A model generated the notes under the pieces. The model saw only the letters and a program-made list of their open reading frames with translations. It was not told the origin of the DNA and made no database searches. The position numbers and the translations under genes are program-made. Positions 24,234-34,479 of a stretch of 64,000 nt of DNA are shown here, one piece after another. The DNA comes from Mantamonas sphyraenae STR306. Lineage: Eukaryota > Protista > CRuMs. Positions within the stretch are counted from its first letter, which is position 1. Each line of letters begins with the position of its first letter. The stretch spans positions 124,001 through 188,000 of the forward strand of contig JAPMXV010000009.1 of assembly GCA_026936335.1 (NCBI GenBank), in the 5' to 3' direction.

Positions 24234-25807
24234 ATGAGCGCAGCAGCAGCAAAGTCGCACGAAATCCAAGTAGGGGTGCCGGAAGAGGCAGGGGGATTGG
24301 AGGAGGGTCAGGCTGACGATCAGCTGGCACTGGAGCTGAGCAACAGCGTGTCGACGGATCCGTACCAGTCGCCCGACTTTAGCGATGCGACGGATCTGTC
24401 CGAGGAGCAACAGAAGATGGAGGACAAATTCGATGCCTACGCCGAAGGAGACACCAGCGACTTTGAGGGCCCGGAGAAGAAGCTGGAATTTGACTTTAAA
24501 GACGGCTTTCTGGCGGAAAACCCCTTGGGGATTCGCAAGGTAAGTCCGCCCACACAGTGCCCAAAGCAAAAACGCCTTCCGGTACGGGCAGGCAGTGGCG
24601 TGCGTGGAAACAAACCCATGGGATGTGTAGGGATGCGCATGGCAAAGTTCAGGGACGTGTGTATGCGATGTGCAAGGCGTGCATGCGTGCGCAGGAGCTG
24701 GAGAAAGCGGGCGTGAGCGTCAATGCAGAAGTGGCCGATGGGCAAGAGAGAAGCACGCGGGAGATAGAGAGGGAGAGAGGCGGGAAGACTGACCCGTTGT
24801 GGACACAACAACACACCAATGACGACCCGGTACAGATTCCTCGTGCTCGGTGGGACGACATCCTTGCACAGGCAAACTGCGAGATCCTGAGTGTGATTTC
24901 GAACGAGCACTGGGACGCGTACGTGCTGAGCGAGTCGTCGCTGTTTGTGGGGCCGGCCAAGGTGGTGCTGAAGACGTGTGGGACGACGACGCTGCTGAAG
25001 TGCATCCCGCATTTGTTGGAGGCGTGCCAGGAACTGGGGGCAAAGGTGCAGTTTGTGTTTTACTCGCGGAAGAACTTCAAATTCCCGGTTGCGCAGCGGT
25101 GGCCGCACACATCGTTCAACGACGAGGTGGAATACCTGAACACGTTCTTCAGCAATGCGGCGGCGTACATCCTGGGCCCGTTGACGCATGACCATTGGTA
25201 CCTGTACGTGGCGGACTACACGCTGCAGGAGGTGGTTGTCACGGACCAGGTGATTGAAATCATGATGACGGATTTGCCGCGGGACGTGATGGATGCGTTC
25301 TTTGTGAACGAAAGCGAGAGTGGAGGCATGACGCAGTCGGAGCTGACCGATCGCACGTCGCGACTCTCGGGAATCGATAATTTAATGCCGGGCTCCATAC
25401 TGGACGCCTACCAATTCAATCCCTGTGGCTACAGCTGCAACGGGGTGCGCGACGAGGCGTACTGGACGGTGCACGTGACGCCCGAGGAGAGCTGCAGCTA
25501 TGTGAGCTTTGAGAGCAATCTGTCTGTGAGCAGGTACGAGTCACTCATCCTGGAGGTGTTGGAGGTGTTTCGTCCGGGACAGTACACCATCACTCTGTTC
25601 TGCGACGAGGACTCGGTGGTGGCCACTGCAGAGAAGGGTGGTCTGGACAACGCCCCGCAGGGGTACAGCCTGTCGCACAAGACCTTTTACAACTTTGACG
25701 GCGACTACAGTTGCATGATGTGCAACTTTACGCACACCAGCAAGCTTGCGGATGCAAAGAAGAAGAAGATGCAGAAGAAGCGACAGAAGAAGGAGGTGAA
25801 GGAGTGA
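24234..25807 (+). CDS. AMD1: S-adenosylmethionine decarboxylase proenzyme; exons 24234-24539, 24836-25807 (alternative in-frame ATGs at 24219 and 24417)
   Basis: FEGPEKKLE, autocleavage site YVLSE/SSLFV, KTCGTT, PHTSFNDEV, FNPCGYS, TVHVTPE..SYVSFE. Confidence 0.95.
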
Positions 25808-25926
25808 AAGAGAGAGAGAGAGTGTGTGGGTGTGGATGGACTGAACATCAGGAACAAAAAGGAACACAACCATGGAAGCATTCCCACCATTGCAACCATT
25901 CGTTCTGCATTCGTGCAACGGCAGCA

Positions 25927-27508
25927 TCACGCCGCTTGGCCGCTTAGGGTGAGGACGATGGCGCGGATGCTCTCGACGGAGCCGAGGACGGCGCCGAGGA
26001 GGCCGAGGACAAAGCAGACGCCATCGGCGATGATTTCGTGGGTGGGACGTGTGCCGTCGAAGCGGTAGCCAAAGTGGACGAGGTTGAGGAGGGACGGGAT
26101 GATAAACTCGAGGGAGGCAGAACCCAATGAGCCGACAAGGCCGATGAGGAGGGAAAAGTCGGGGATGGAGAGGGCGACGAGGTAGGTGAGGAGGACGAGA
26201 GCCAGGCGGAAGCCATTTTGGATCCATGTGACCTGTTTGGGTTTGGGCTCGTAGCCGCGCTGCTGGAGTTTGTCAAAGAGGATGTCCTCGAGGATTTCGA
26301 TGGCGACGTAGAGCTGGCCGGGATAGGTGAAGAGGATGGAGACGATGAGCATGATTTGGATGGTGAGCTGGAGGGTGCGCCAGACGGGTGTTTGGTACTC
26401 TGCGGCGAGTTCGAGATTGAGAGTGACACCCTGGCTGTTTGTGTCGTCGCCAAAGGCAAGGTAGCCGACAATGCCAAAGAGGAGGTAGACAGAGACGGAA
26501 ATGATCATGGTGATGGTGAGGACGCGTGGGAAGCGTTTGGGGTATCGCATGCTGCTCTCGCAGGGGATGACGAGACCGATGCCTTCGAAGGAGTAGGTGA
26601 TCATGCCAAAGGTGATGGGCAGGGTGGCAGGCACGAAAAGGTCGACGCGGCTTTCGGGCAGGTCACCACGAGACCAGGCAGCGGCACGGGGAAAGGCGGC
26701 GACGAGGACGACGGCCATGGCACCACAGACGGCAATGCAGGCCACAATGGACATGGGTGCCACCCATTTCAGGGAGCGAACCCAGCCCATGAGCACATAA
26801 ATAGGGAACAAGCACCAGGCAATGTCCAGGAAGTTCCAACCGGAGATGGCCGCCGTGTGTTTGGCGACGTACACCACGTACACGCAACAGAAGCCCAGCT
26901 GGGTGAACACAAGGGCCACGTTGACAAGGCGGCCACCCCAGACACCCAGTGCCTCGTTTGCTGCGGGAGGGTGGGAAAGGGCGGGGGAAGGTGAGTGATT
27001 GTCCCGGGGGTGATGGTCCGGGGTCTTGCTGGCTCTGGGGTGTGCTGGGATGGGGTGGGGTGTGACGTACCAATGTCTGCATATGTGACGACGTTTTTAC
27101 CCTTGTCCAACATGTCATTCTTGACATCGAGGAGGGCGTAGCACATGTAGGCGGCCAGGGAACACATGACGATCATCAGGATGGGCGTCAGGACGAGACC
27201 GCCCTCTTTGAATGCGTAGGGGAGGGCCAACACACCGCTTCCGAGAAAGGTCTTGAGAAGGGTGGAGCCAACGTGGAGGGATCTGGGAGGGTAGGGCAAC
27301 GGTCGGGGAGCAGGGTTAGCAGGTGAGGGAAAGGGAAGGTGTGGACGCCGGACGGGATTTTCACGTGAACCCACGAGCTGTAGGGACGGCCCTCCTTGGC
27401 AAGGGACGGGGCGTCGTGCATGACATCCTCCTCATCTGCGGCCCCGCCTGCTTGGATCTTGTTGGACATTTCGTCCGAATTGAGCTTGGCGTAGTTGTGG
27501 TTTGCCAT
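25927..27508 (-). CDS. Amino-acid permease, AAAP/SLC36-like; exons 27508-27375, 27282-27071, 26960-25927
   Basis: LLKTFLGSGVLALPYAFKEGG, QLGFCCVY, YSFEGIGLVIP, FTYPGQLY; about 11 hydrophobic segments. Confidence 0.92.
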
Positions 27509-27561
27509 GGCAGGGAAGCGAGTTCGGTTTCATTCGTCGGCGCACGGCCCTGCAACACAAA

Positions 27562-30500
27562 ATGACCTCCAGTGATTTCGCTGTGGGCATTGATTTGGGC
27601 ACGACGAATTCGTGTGTGAGTGTGTGGAGGGACAACGGGGTGGAGGTGTGCACGAACGACCTCGGCCAGCGTTTGACGCCGTCGTGTGTGGCGTACCGGG
27701 AGGATGGGGAGCCGCTGGTGGGTGCGCTTGCGGCCAAACAGAGCACACGCAACCCAAGCAACACGATCTTTGAGGCCAAACGGCTGCTGGGATGCATGTT
27801 TGATGACGATTCGGTGCAACAGGACATGACAAAGTGGCCGTTTGAGGTGGTGCGGAATGGAGACGGGTCGCCGGCGTACAGGGTGACGTCGCAGGGGCAG
27901 ACAGTGGTGGTGTCGCCGGAAGATGTGATGGCAAAGCTGTTGGACAAGCTGAGGAATGATGCGAGTGCTTTCTTGGGTGCAGAGGTCTCTGGAGTGGTGA
28001 TCACGGTGCCTGCTTTTTTCAACGAGGCGCAGCGCACGGCGACGCGGGACGCTGCACGCAAGGCAGGGCTGCGAGTGCTTCGCTTTGTGCCGGAACCAAC
28101 TGCTGCGTCGTTGGCGTACGGGTTGGACAAGATTGGGAATGGAGACGGGGAGAAGAGGGTGCTGGTGTTTGATCTCGGCGGCGGGACCGTGGACGTGAGT
28201 GTGGTCGTCGTCGAAGATGGGATCTTTCAAGTCATTGCTACCTTGGGGGATACCCACTTGGGTGGTGTGGACTTTGACAATCGACTCGTGGCGCATTTGG
28301 CGAAAGAGTTTCGTGAGAAACACCGTCGGGATCTGACCAAGAATCCACGGTCGCTGCGGCGCTTGCGTGTGGCTGCAGAGGCGGCCAAGCGTGCGCTGTC
28401 GAGTTCAACAACGGCAACAATCGAGGTGGATGCGTTGCACGAGGGGATCGACTTTGACACGACGGTGACGCGGGAGGAGTTTGAGGCCATGTGTGAGGAC
28501 TTGTTTGCGGCGTGTCTGGAGCCTGTGGAGCGTGTGATTGCGTCTGCAAAGGTAACCAAGGAGGACATTGACGACGTTGTGCTAGTGGGTGGGTCGACAC
28601 GTGTGCCCAGAGTGCAGGCACAGCTGAGCGAGTTTTTCAACGGCATGAAGCTGCACAAGGGCATCCATCCAGACGAGGCGGTGGCACACGGGGCAGCCTT
28701 GCAAGCGGCAGTGCTGACAGGCCGGGATTCAGCGACCAAGTTGAGTGAGATGCTGCTGATTGATGTTGCGCCGCGATCTGTGGGTGTGGAGACTGTGGGT
28801 GGAGCCATGGTGACGGTCATCACACGCAACCTATCGGTACCTGCCAAAAAGACGACATTGGTGGGAGTGATGGTGCCGTCGCACCTGCAGGCGCGCTCTG
28901 TTGCGATTCGTGTGTTTGAGGGTGAGGCAGCGTTTTCGGAGCAGTGCGCCTTCCTGGGCGAGGTGGTGGTGGATGTGACGCGAAAAGGGGACAAAGATAT
29001 GCAGGAGCTATCCGTGACGGTGGACTGTGACGCCAACGGGGTCATGCACCTGGCAGTGTGGCAGGGAAACGATCGGGAGAAAACGGTGGAGGTGGGCCTG
29101 AAATCGGCAACGCTGCGTCCTGTGCCCACACACGCCGTGCTGCCACGGGAGATGACAGAGGAGAGGGAGGAGATGATTGTGGACTCGCTGGTACAAGCGC
29201 TGCGGACGGATGCATCTGTGACGCAGGTGAATCTGAAAGGGGGTGGCCTGTCGGGGACGTGTGTGCACAGGGTGCTGGATGCATTGCGTGAGAACAAGGG
29301 GGCGGTGTTGCAGAGTCTGGACTTGCGTGGGAACCACATGCGTGAGGACGATGTGGATCTTGTTGCGGAGCTGCTGGAGCGCTGTCCGTCGCTGTGGCGA
29401 GTGAACCTGTCTGGGGTCAGCAGTGAGGTGGTGGAGGAGCGTTTGCAGAGGAATTGGGAACGTGCAGAGGCGTTGCTGGATGCAGCGTGGAGAGGCAGCG
29501 TGAAGAAGGTGGAGCAACTGTTGGGGGATGGCGTGACGGTGGATGTGTGGCCAGACGAGCAGCACACGGCGTTGATGTGTGCGGTCGAGACGGCCAATGC
29601 GGAGATGTGTCGGTTGCTGATGACACACGGGGCAAACGCGCGTGCAAGGCCGTGGAAGACGGGGAAATGTGCATTGTCTGTTGCGCGAGAGCGTGGGGTG
29701 CTGCATTTGCTGGGAATGGGGAAGGACGGAGATGAGGTAGACGAGGAGGAGGAGGAGGAGGAGGACGTGGTGCAGGTGTTGGTGGAAGAGGCGAGTGCGA
29801 GTGTGGAGTTTGAGGATCTGGAGATCCCGTGGTCGGATCTGGACAAGGGGGAGTTGTTGGGAGAGGGTGGATTTGCGTACGTGTACAGAGGGATGCTGCG
29901 TGGAAGCACGCCGGTGGCCATCAAGATGATGAAGGTTCAGGTGATGGACAAGGAGCACGAGGCAGCGTTTATGAAGGAGGTGGAGATGATGAAGCGGCTG
30001 CGGCATCCAAACATGATCACACTGCACGGCGTGTGCACGGAAGCGGAACATGTGTGCATGGTGACGGAGCTGTGTGAGCTTGGATCGCTGCACAAGCTGC
30101 TGCACGAGAGGGGCGAGGGTGCGGAAGGGCTGTCTGAGGAGGCCAAGGTGCACATTGCACGGGATGTGGCAGACGGAATGGCGTACCTGCACGGATACAA
30201 ACCACCGATCATGCACAGGGACCTGAAGCCAGAGAATGTGCTGCTGGACAGGCGAGGCGTGGCACGGATCAGCGACTTTGGGTTGAGCCGTGTCAAGGAG
30301 CACACCAAGACGAAAACCAAGTCAGGCGCCGGGTCCTGGCAATACATGGCCCCTGAGCTGTTGTTGGATGATGATGACACGGACAGCGACGAGGAGGAGG
30401 ATGCAGGGGCGTCGTCCTCGAGCGTTTCCATGCGGACGTTTGACGAAAAGGTGGATGTGTTTGCGTTTGGGATGCTGCTGTGGGAGATGATGCATGAAGA

Positions 30501-31185
30501 GCAGCCGTACAGCGGAAAGGGAGGCTTTTCGATGGCCAAGTTGATCTCCCGATGGGGGAAGAAGCCGGACAAGCGAGAGAAGATCGACACGAGCGTGTGT
30601 CCGGGATGGGCGACAAAGCTGATTGAGCAGTGCTGGGCGACGGATCCATCGCAACGACCTCCATTCACACAGATTGTGGCGACGCTGGACACGGTGGAGG
30701 TGATGAAGAAGGAAGAGATGCACTCGCAGGTGGAGATTGTGAGCATCCTGCACGAGATCCAAGGGACACAGGCACAGATTCTGGACGCGGTGCACTTTGA
30801 CCACGAGGCATGGCAGGCACAGGTGGCTGCACTGGACCCGAGGGCGCAGGAGGAGATTGTCACTGCGCTGAAGCAGGTACAAAGCGACACGGAATCACTA
30901 AAGAGGAAGAGTGGCCAACAGAGCAAGGCAATCCGGTTTCTGGGAGAGCAGGTACCACAGTTGCGGACATGGCTGACAGAGGTGCAGACACGGGCAGAAG
31001 CACAAGGACTGAACGCAGCAGATGTGGACATTGTGCGTGCGCAACTGGCTGCAATGGAGCAGGACGTGATGCAAGTGAAAGAGCAGGTGAGCAGTCAAGG
31101 CGCAGCGATGGTGGGAGTGCAAGCGAGGCTGGTGACGGTGGAGATTGGGATGGGAGAGAGTGGAGAGGATGATGAAGGAGTGTGA
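27562..31185 (+). CDS. Fusion protein: Hsp70 NBD + degenerate SBD-beta + LRR + ankyrin + TKL-type kinase + coiled coil (intronless)
   Basis: GIDLGTTNSCV, EAKRLLG, TVPAFFN, EPTAA, VFDLGGGT, LVGGSTRVP; LxxLxLxxN-type repeats (VTQVNLKGG, LQSLDLRGN, LWRVNLSG); HTALMCAV ankyrin; GEGGFAYV, VAIK, HRDLKPEN, DFG, YMAPE, DVFAFG. Confidence 0.9.
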   Translation: MTSSDFAVGIDLGTTNSCVSVWRDNGVEVCTNDLGQRLTPSCVAYREDGEPLVGALAAKQSTRNPSNTIFEAKRLLGCMFDDDSVQQDMTKWPFEVVRNGDGSPAYRVTSQGQTVVVSPEDVMAKLLDKLRNDASAFLGAEVSGVVITVPAFFNEAQRTATRDAARKAGLRVLRFVPEPTAASLAYGLDKIGNGDGEKRVLVFDLGGGTVDVSVVVVEDGIFQVIATLGDTHLGGVDFDNRLVAHLAKEFREKHRRDLTKNPRSLRRLRVAAEAAKRALSSSTTATIEVDALHEGIDFDTTVTREEFEAMCEDLFAACLEPVERVIASAKVTKEDIDDVVLVGGSTRVPRVQAQLSEFFNGMKLHKGIHPDEAVAHGAALQAAVLTGRDSATKLSEMLLIDVAPRSVGVETVGGAMVTVITRNLSVPAKKTTLVGVMVPSHLQARSVAIRVFEGEAAFSEQCAFLGEVVVDVTRKGDKDMQELSVTVDCDANGVMHLAVWQGNDREKTVEVGLKSATLRPVPTHAVLPREMTEEREEMIVDSLVQALRTDASVTQVNLKGGGLSGTCVHRVLDALRENKGAVLQSLDLRGNHMREDDVDLVAELLERCPSLWRVNLSGVSSEVVEERLQRNWERAEALLDAAWRGSVKKVEQLLGDGVTVDVWPDEQHTALMCAVETANAEMCRLLMTHGANARARPWKTGKCALSVARERGVLHLLGMGKDGDEVDEEEEEEEDVVQVLVEEASASVEFEDLEIPWSDLDKGELLGEGGFAYVYRGMLRGSTPVAIKMMKVQVMDKEHEAAFMKEVEMMKRLRHPNMITLHGVCTEAEHVCMVTELCELGSLHKLLHERGEGAEGLSEEAKVHIARDVADGMAYLHGYKPPIMHRDLKPENVLLDRRGVARISDFGLSRVKEHTKTKTKSGAGSWQYMAPELLLDDDDTDSDEEEDAGASSSSVSMRTFDEKVDVFAFGMLLWEMMHEEQPYSGKGGFSMAKLISRWGKKPDKREKIDTSVCPGWATKLIEQCWATDPSQRPPFTQIVATLDTVEVMKKEEMHSQVEIVSILHEIQGTQAQILDAVHFDHEAWQAQVAALDPRAQEEIVTALKQVQSDTESLKRKSGQQSKAIRFLGEQVPQLRTWLTEVQTRAEAQGLNAADVDIVRAQLAAMEQDVMQVKEQVSSQGAAMVGVQARLVTVEIGMGESGEDDEGV

Positions 31186-31408
31186 AGCCATGAAGGATCC
31201 CACACTCATCAACCCCAATCCTTGTCACTCTTTTGTTTCTGGGTAATGAGGGAGAGGGGCGTGTGAATGGATGCTTGGGTTTAAAGGGTGCGAGGTGGGT
31301 GGGGGCAGATGGGGTTGGAGGCGGGGGGGCAGCAGAGTGAGGAGGTGGGGAGGTGGGTGGGGAGGGACACAGGCCACTTGTGACTGTTTCGAGGAAAGGG
31401 TTTTCCAA

Positions 31409-34388
31409 TCATTCATTCGTCCACGCAAACAACGACCCACCTCTCTCCACCTTTCCTCCATCACCTGCACCACTCCCGTCCTCCTCATCACCTGCATTCC
31501 CACTCCCACCACCCCCACCACTTCCTCCGGTGCTCCACAGCTCATCCCGCGTCCACAAACTATCCCCAAAACTCATCCCACTAAACAGCGACGACGCCCC
31601 TCCTCTCTGACCCCCTCCGCTCCCGCCCCCACTCCCACCAACTCCGCCTCCCTCTCCATTCCCACCACCCATCGAATGCCTGCTCGCCAAATCCGCGTCC
31701 ACCAAATCCGACGGCAGCAGGCCACCCAACAAACTCTGCAGATCCAACCCGCCGCTCCCGCCGCTCCCGCCGCTTCCCTGCCCCATTTGCCCCATCTGGC
31801 CCTGCCCACTCATCCCAAACCCACCTCCACCACCTCCACCACCTCCACCTCCCCCCATCCCACTCTGCCCACCTTGCCCCACCTGCCCAAACCCAGGCGG
31901 CGGCATCCCTGTAAACCCTGCCGTTCCACCTCCCGCTGTCCATCCTCCCATCCCACCCATCCCACCCATCCCTCCCATCCACCCACCACCACCACCACCA
32001 CTCTCTCCCACCGCCACCCTCCCAACCCCCTCTCCGCCTCCTGCCACCACCACCTCCTCCTTCCCGGCCACCACCTCTTCCATCCTCTTCAACTCCCTTT
32101 CCAACCGTTCCTTCTCCTTCCTCTCCTCCTCCAACTCCCTCTCCAACCTCTCCTTCTCCCTTCTCTCCTCCTCCTCCTCTTCCTCCCTCTTCTTCCTCCT
32201 CCTCTCCTCCTCCTCCGCCGCCGCTCTCTCCCTTCTCTTTCTCTCCTCCTCCGCCTCTCTCTGCCTCCTCTCCCTCTCCTCTTCCTCCTCCCTCGCCTTC
32301 CTCTCCGCCTCTTCTTTCTCCTGCTTCTCCGCCAGCACCCGCGCCAGCTCTTCCTCCCTCGCCTTTTCCTCCTCTTCAATCTGCCGTTTGATCCTCGCTC
32401 TCCTCTCCGCCTCTTTTGCCACCCTCTCCGCCTCCTTTGCCTCCTCCTTCCGCTTCTCCTCTTCCAACCTGCGCATCTGCCGTTCATACTCTGCCTGCTC
32501 CTGCTGCTCCTTCACCTTTTTCTTCCGCCTCGCCTCGCTCTCCTTCCTCTTCCTCGCCTTTTCCTCCTCCTCCTCTGCCTCCTGCAGCAGCTCCTGCTGC
32601 CTCTCAAACGCAATCACCTCCTTGTACGCGTCTGTGATCTGCAGCAGCAGCATCTGAGCCACAAACGTCATAAACAGCTCCCTCGCCTCGTCCAGCTCCT
32701 CCTGTAGGTCGGCCAGGTAGTCGTCGCTCTCACTGCGCTTCCCACGCGCCTGTTCACCACCCCCGGCCGCCTCTTCCTCTTCCCTCGCAATCTCCTCCTT
32801 CACAATTGTGTTTAGCAAGTCAATCAGTTCGCCTCCATCCCCGTCCACCATCGACTCGTCCACCATCACATATCCGTGCTCCACACGCAACAGCCCCACC
32901 AGCTTATTCACAGACGGCGACGCCTTTGGAATCACACTCGTGCTCTCCTCCTCGTGGTCATACAGCCTCGCCAGCGACGGCTGCGTCACAAGCGAGCTGA
33001 TAAACTGCGCCGCATCCTCATCAAAGTGCGACACAGGCCAGTAGCCCATGCTCACCATGCCATAGTGCATGCGAAACGATCGCTTCAGAATGTTCCGCCG
33101 TGGCACCAGCGCAAGCATGTCCTGCGGCGAAGGCTCCACCAGCCCAGGCATGTCATCGTACAGTCCCTCCTCATCCTCCTCTTGTCCCTCATCCCCACTG
33201 CCAAACATTGCCTCTGGATACACATGCGACAGGCTGTGCACCATGCTCTCGTCCACAGGCAGGCCCAGCACCTGCGCGCTTGCCGGAATCATCCCGCACA
33301 CGCTCTCCACATCGTTCGTCCTCGTCCCAAACGAGTTGATCATCGCGTCCATGTGATTGTGGCCCTCGTGCACGGGTGCGTTTAGGTACCGCGCAAGCCG
33401 TTCCGCCTCTTTGGCAGGCGTGCCACGCAGCATCAAAAAGTCGCGGTCTCGCTTCTCCTTTGCACTCAGCTCCCTGTCCTCCCTCACCATGGCTGCACTC
33501 CACTCTGCCTTCAGCACCTTTGTGCGTCGCACGTCCTTCCGATCGGCCATCGTGGGAAGCACCTCGCCGCTGTTGTTGCGGTGGCACTCGCTGCTTGCGT
33601 CCGTTTCAAACAGATAATCCACCACGTGGTTGGGTGCACTCTCTTCACTCTCCTCCAACCGTGCGTACTGCGTTTCTGCAAACTGGTTGTGCGACCCGCG
33701 TCGAAAGTACGTCTCCAGCGACATGGCCACCGGTGCCCTCGCATCCAGGATCCCTCCGTGCTGATACCCCAACTCCTGCTGGTAGCCGTCGTACACGCTC
33801 CCAATCTCCTCGCTTGCCAGAATCTTTTTCCGGTTGCACGCCTCGCACCGACACACATGCGCAAAGTGCGTGCGCATCCTCTCGTTCAGTGCCTCCCTGT
33901 CCAAACGCACCACTTTTTGCTGCTCTTCTGCACTCAGCGTTGCCCAGAACTTCTTCACCCTCGCCACAGACCGCATCCCGTGCTCCTTGCACGACATCAT
34001 CGGCGTGTCCCACAGATCGTTCCTGTCCACACGCCTGACCCCATGCAGACTCACTCCTTCCTCGCCTCCTCCCTCTGCCTGCCCGCCGTTCCCGCCACCG
34101 CCTCCCGCCTTTCCGCCCTCCTCCTCATCTCCCGACCGCTTCCGCCGTTGATTGCTCTTGCGTCGATCGCTCTTTCGCCGCCGCTGTTACATCCACCACA
34201 CACGCACACACACGCACATGCACGCACGCACGCACACACGACACCATACCAAATGCACGCCCATCAATCGCGTCAGGAATCCAAGCTGTGATTCTCTCCA
34301 ACCCCCTACCGCCACTCCCCCCACCCCCTCTCGGGTTTGCATTCCATCCACCCTCCCGTCCTACCTCGGCATCTCCTTGACCACCCAT
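31409..34388 (-). CDS. NST1-like stress-response protein with long E/R coiled coil and Gly-rich tail; exons 34388-34365, 34183-31409
   Basis: KKFWATLSAEEQQKVVRLDREALNERM..CRCEACNRK and ARELFMTFVAQML..DAYKE match the two conserved Nst1 blocks as recalled. Confidence 0.75.
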
Positions 34389-34479
34389 GTCCAATGAATT
34401 CTTCCCAAAGTCTGTGGGTTTCCGTGGGTTTTTTCTTGGAGTCTCCCGCGCCCACACCCTCCCAACACCCACCCTGCCT

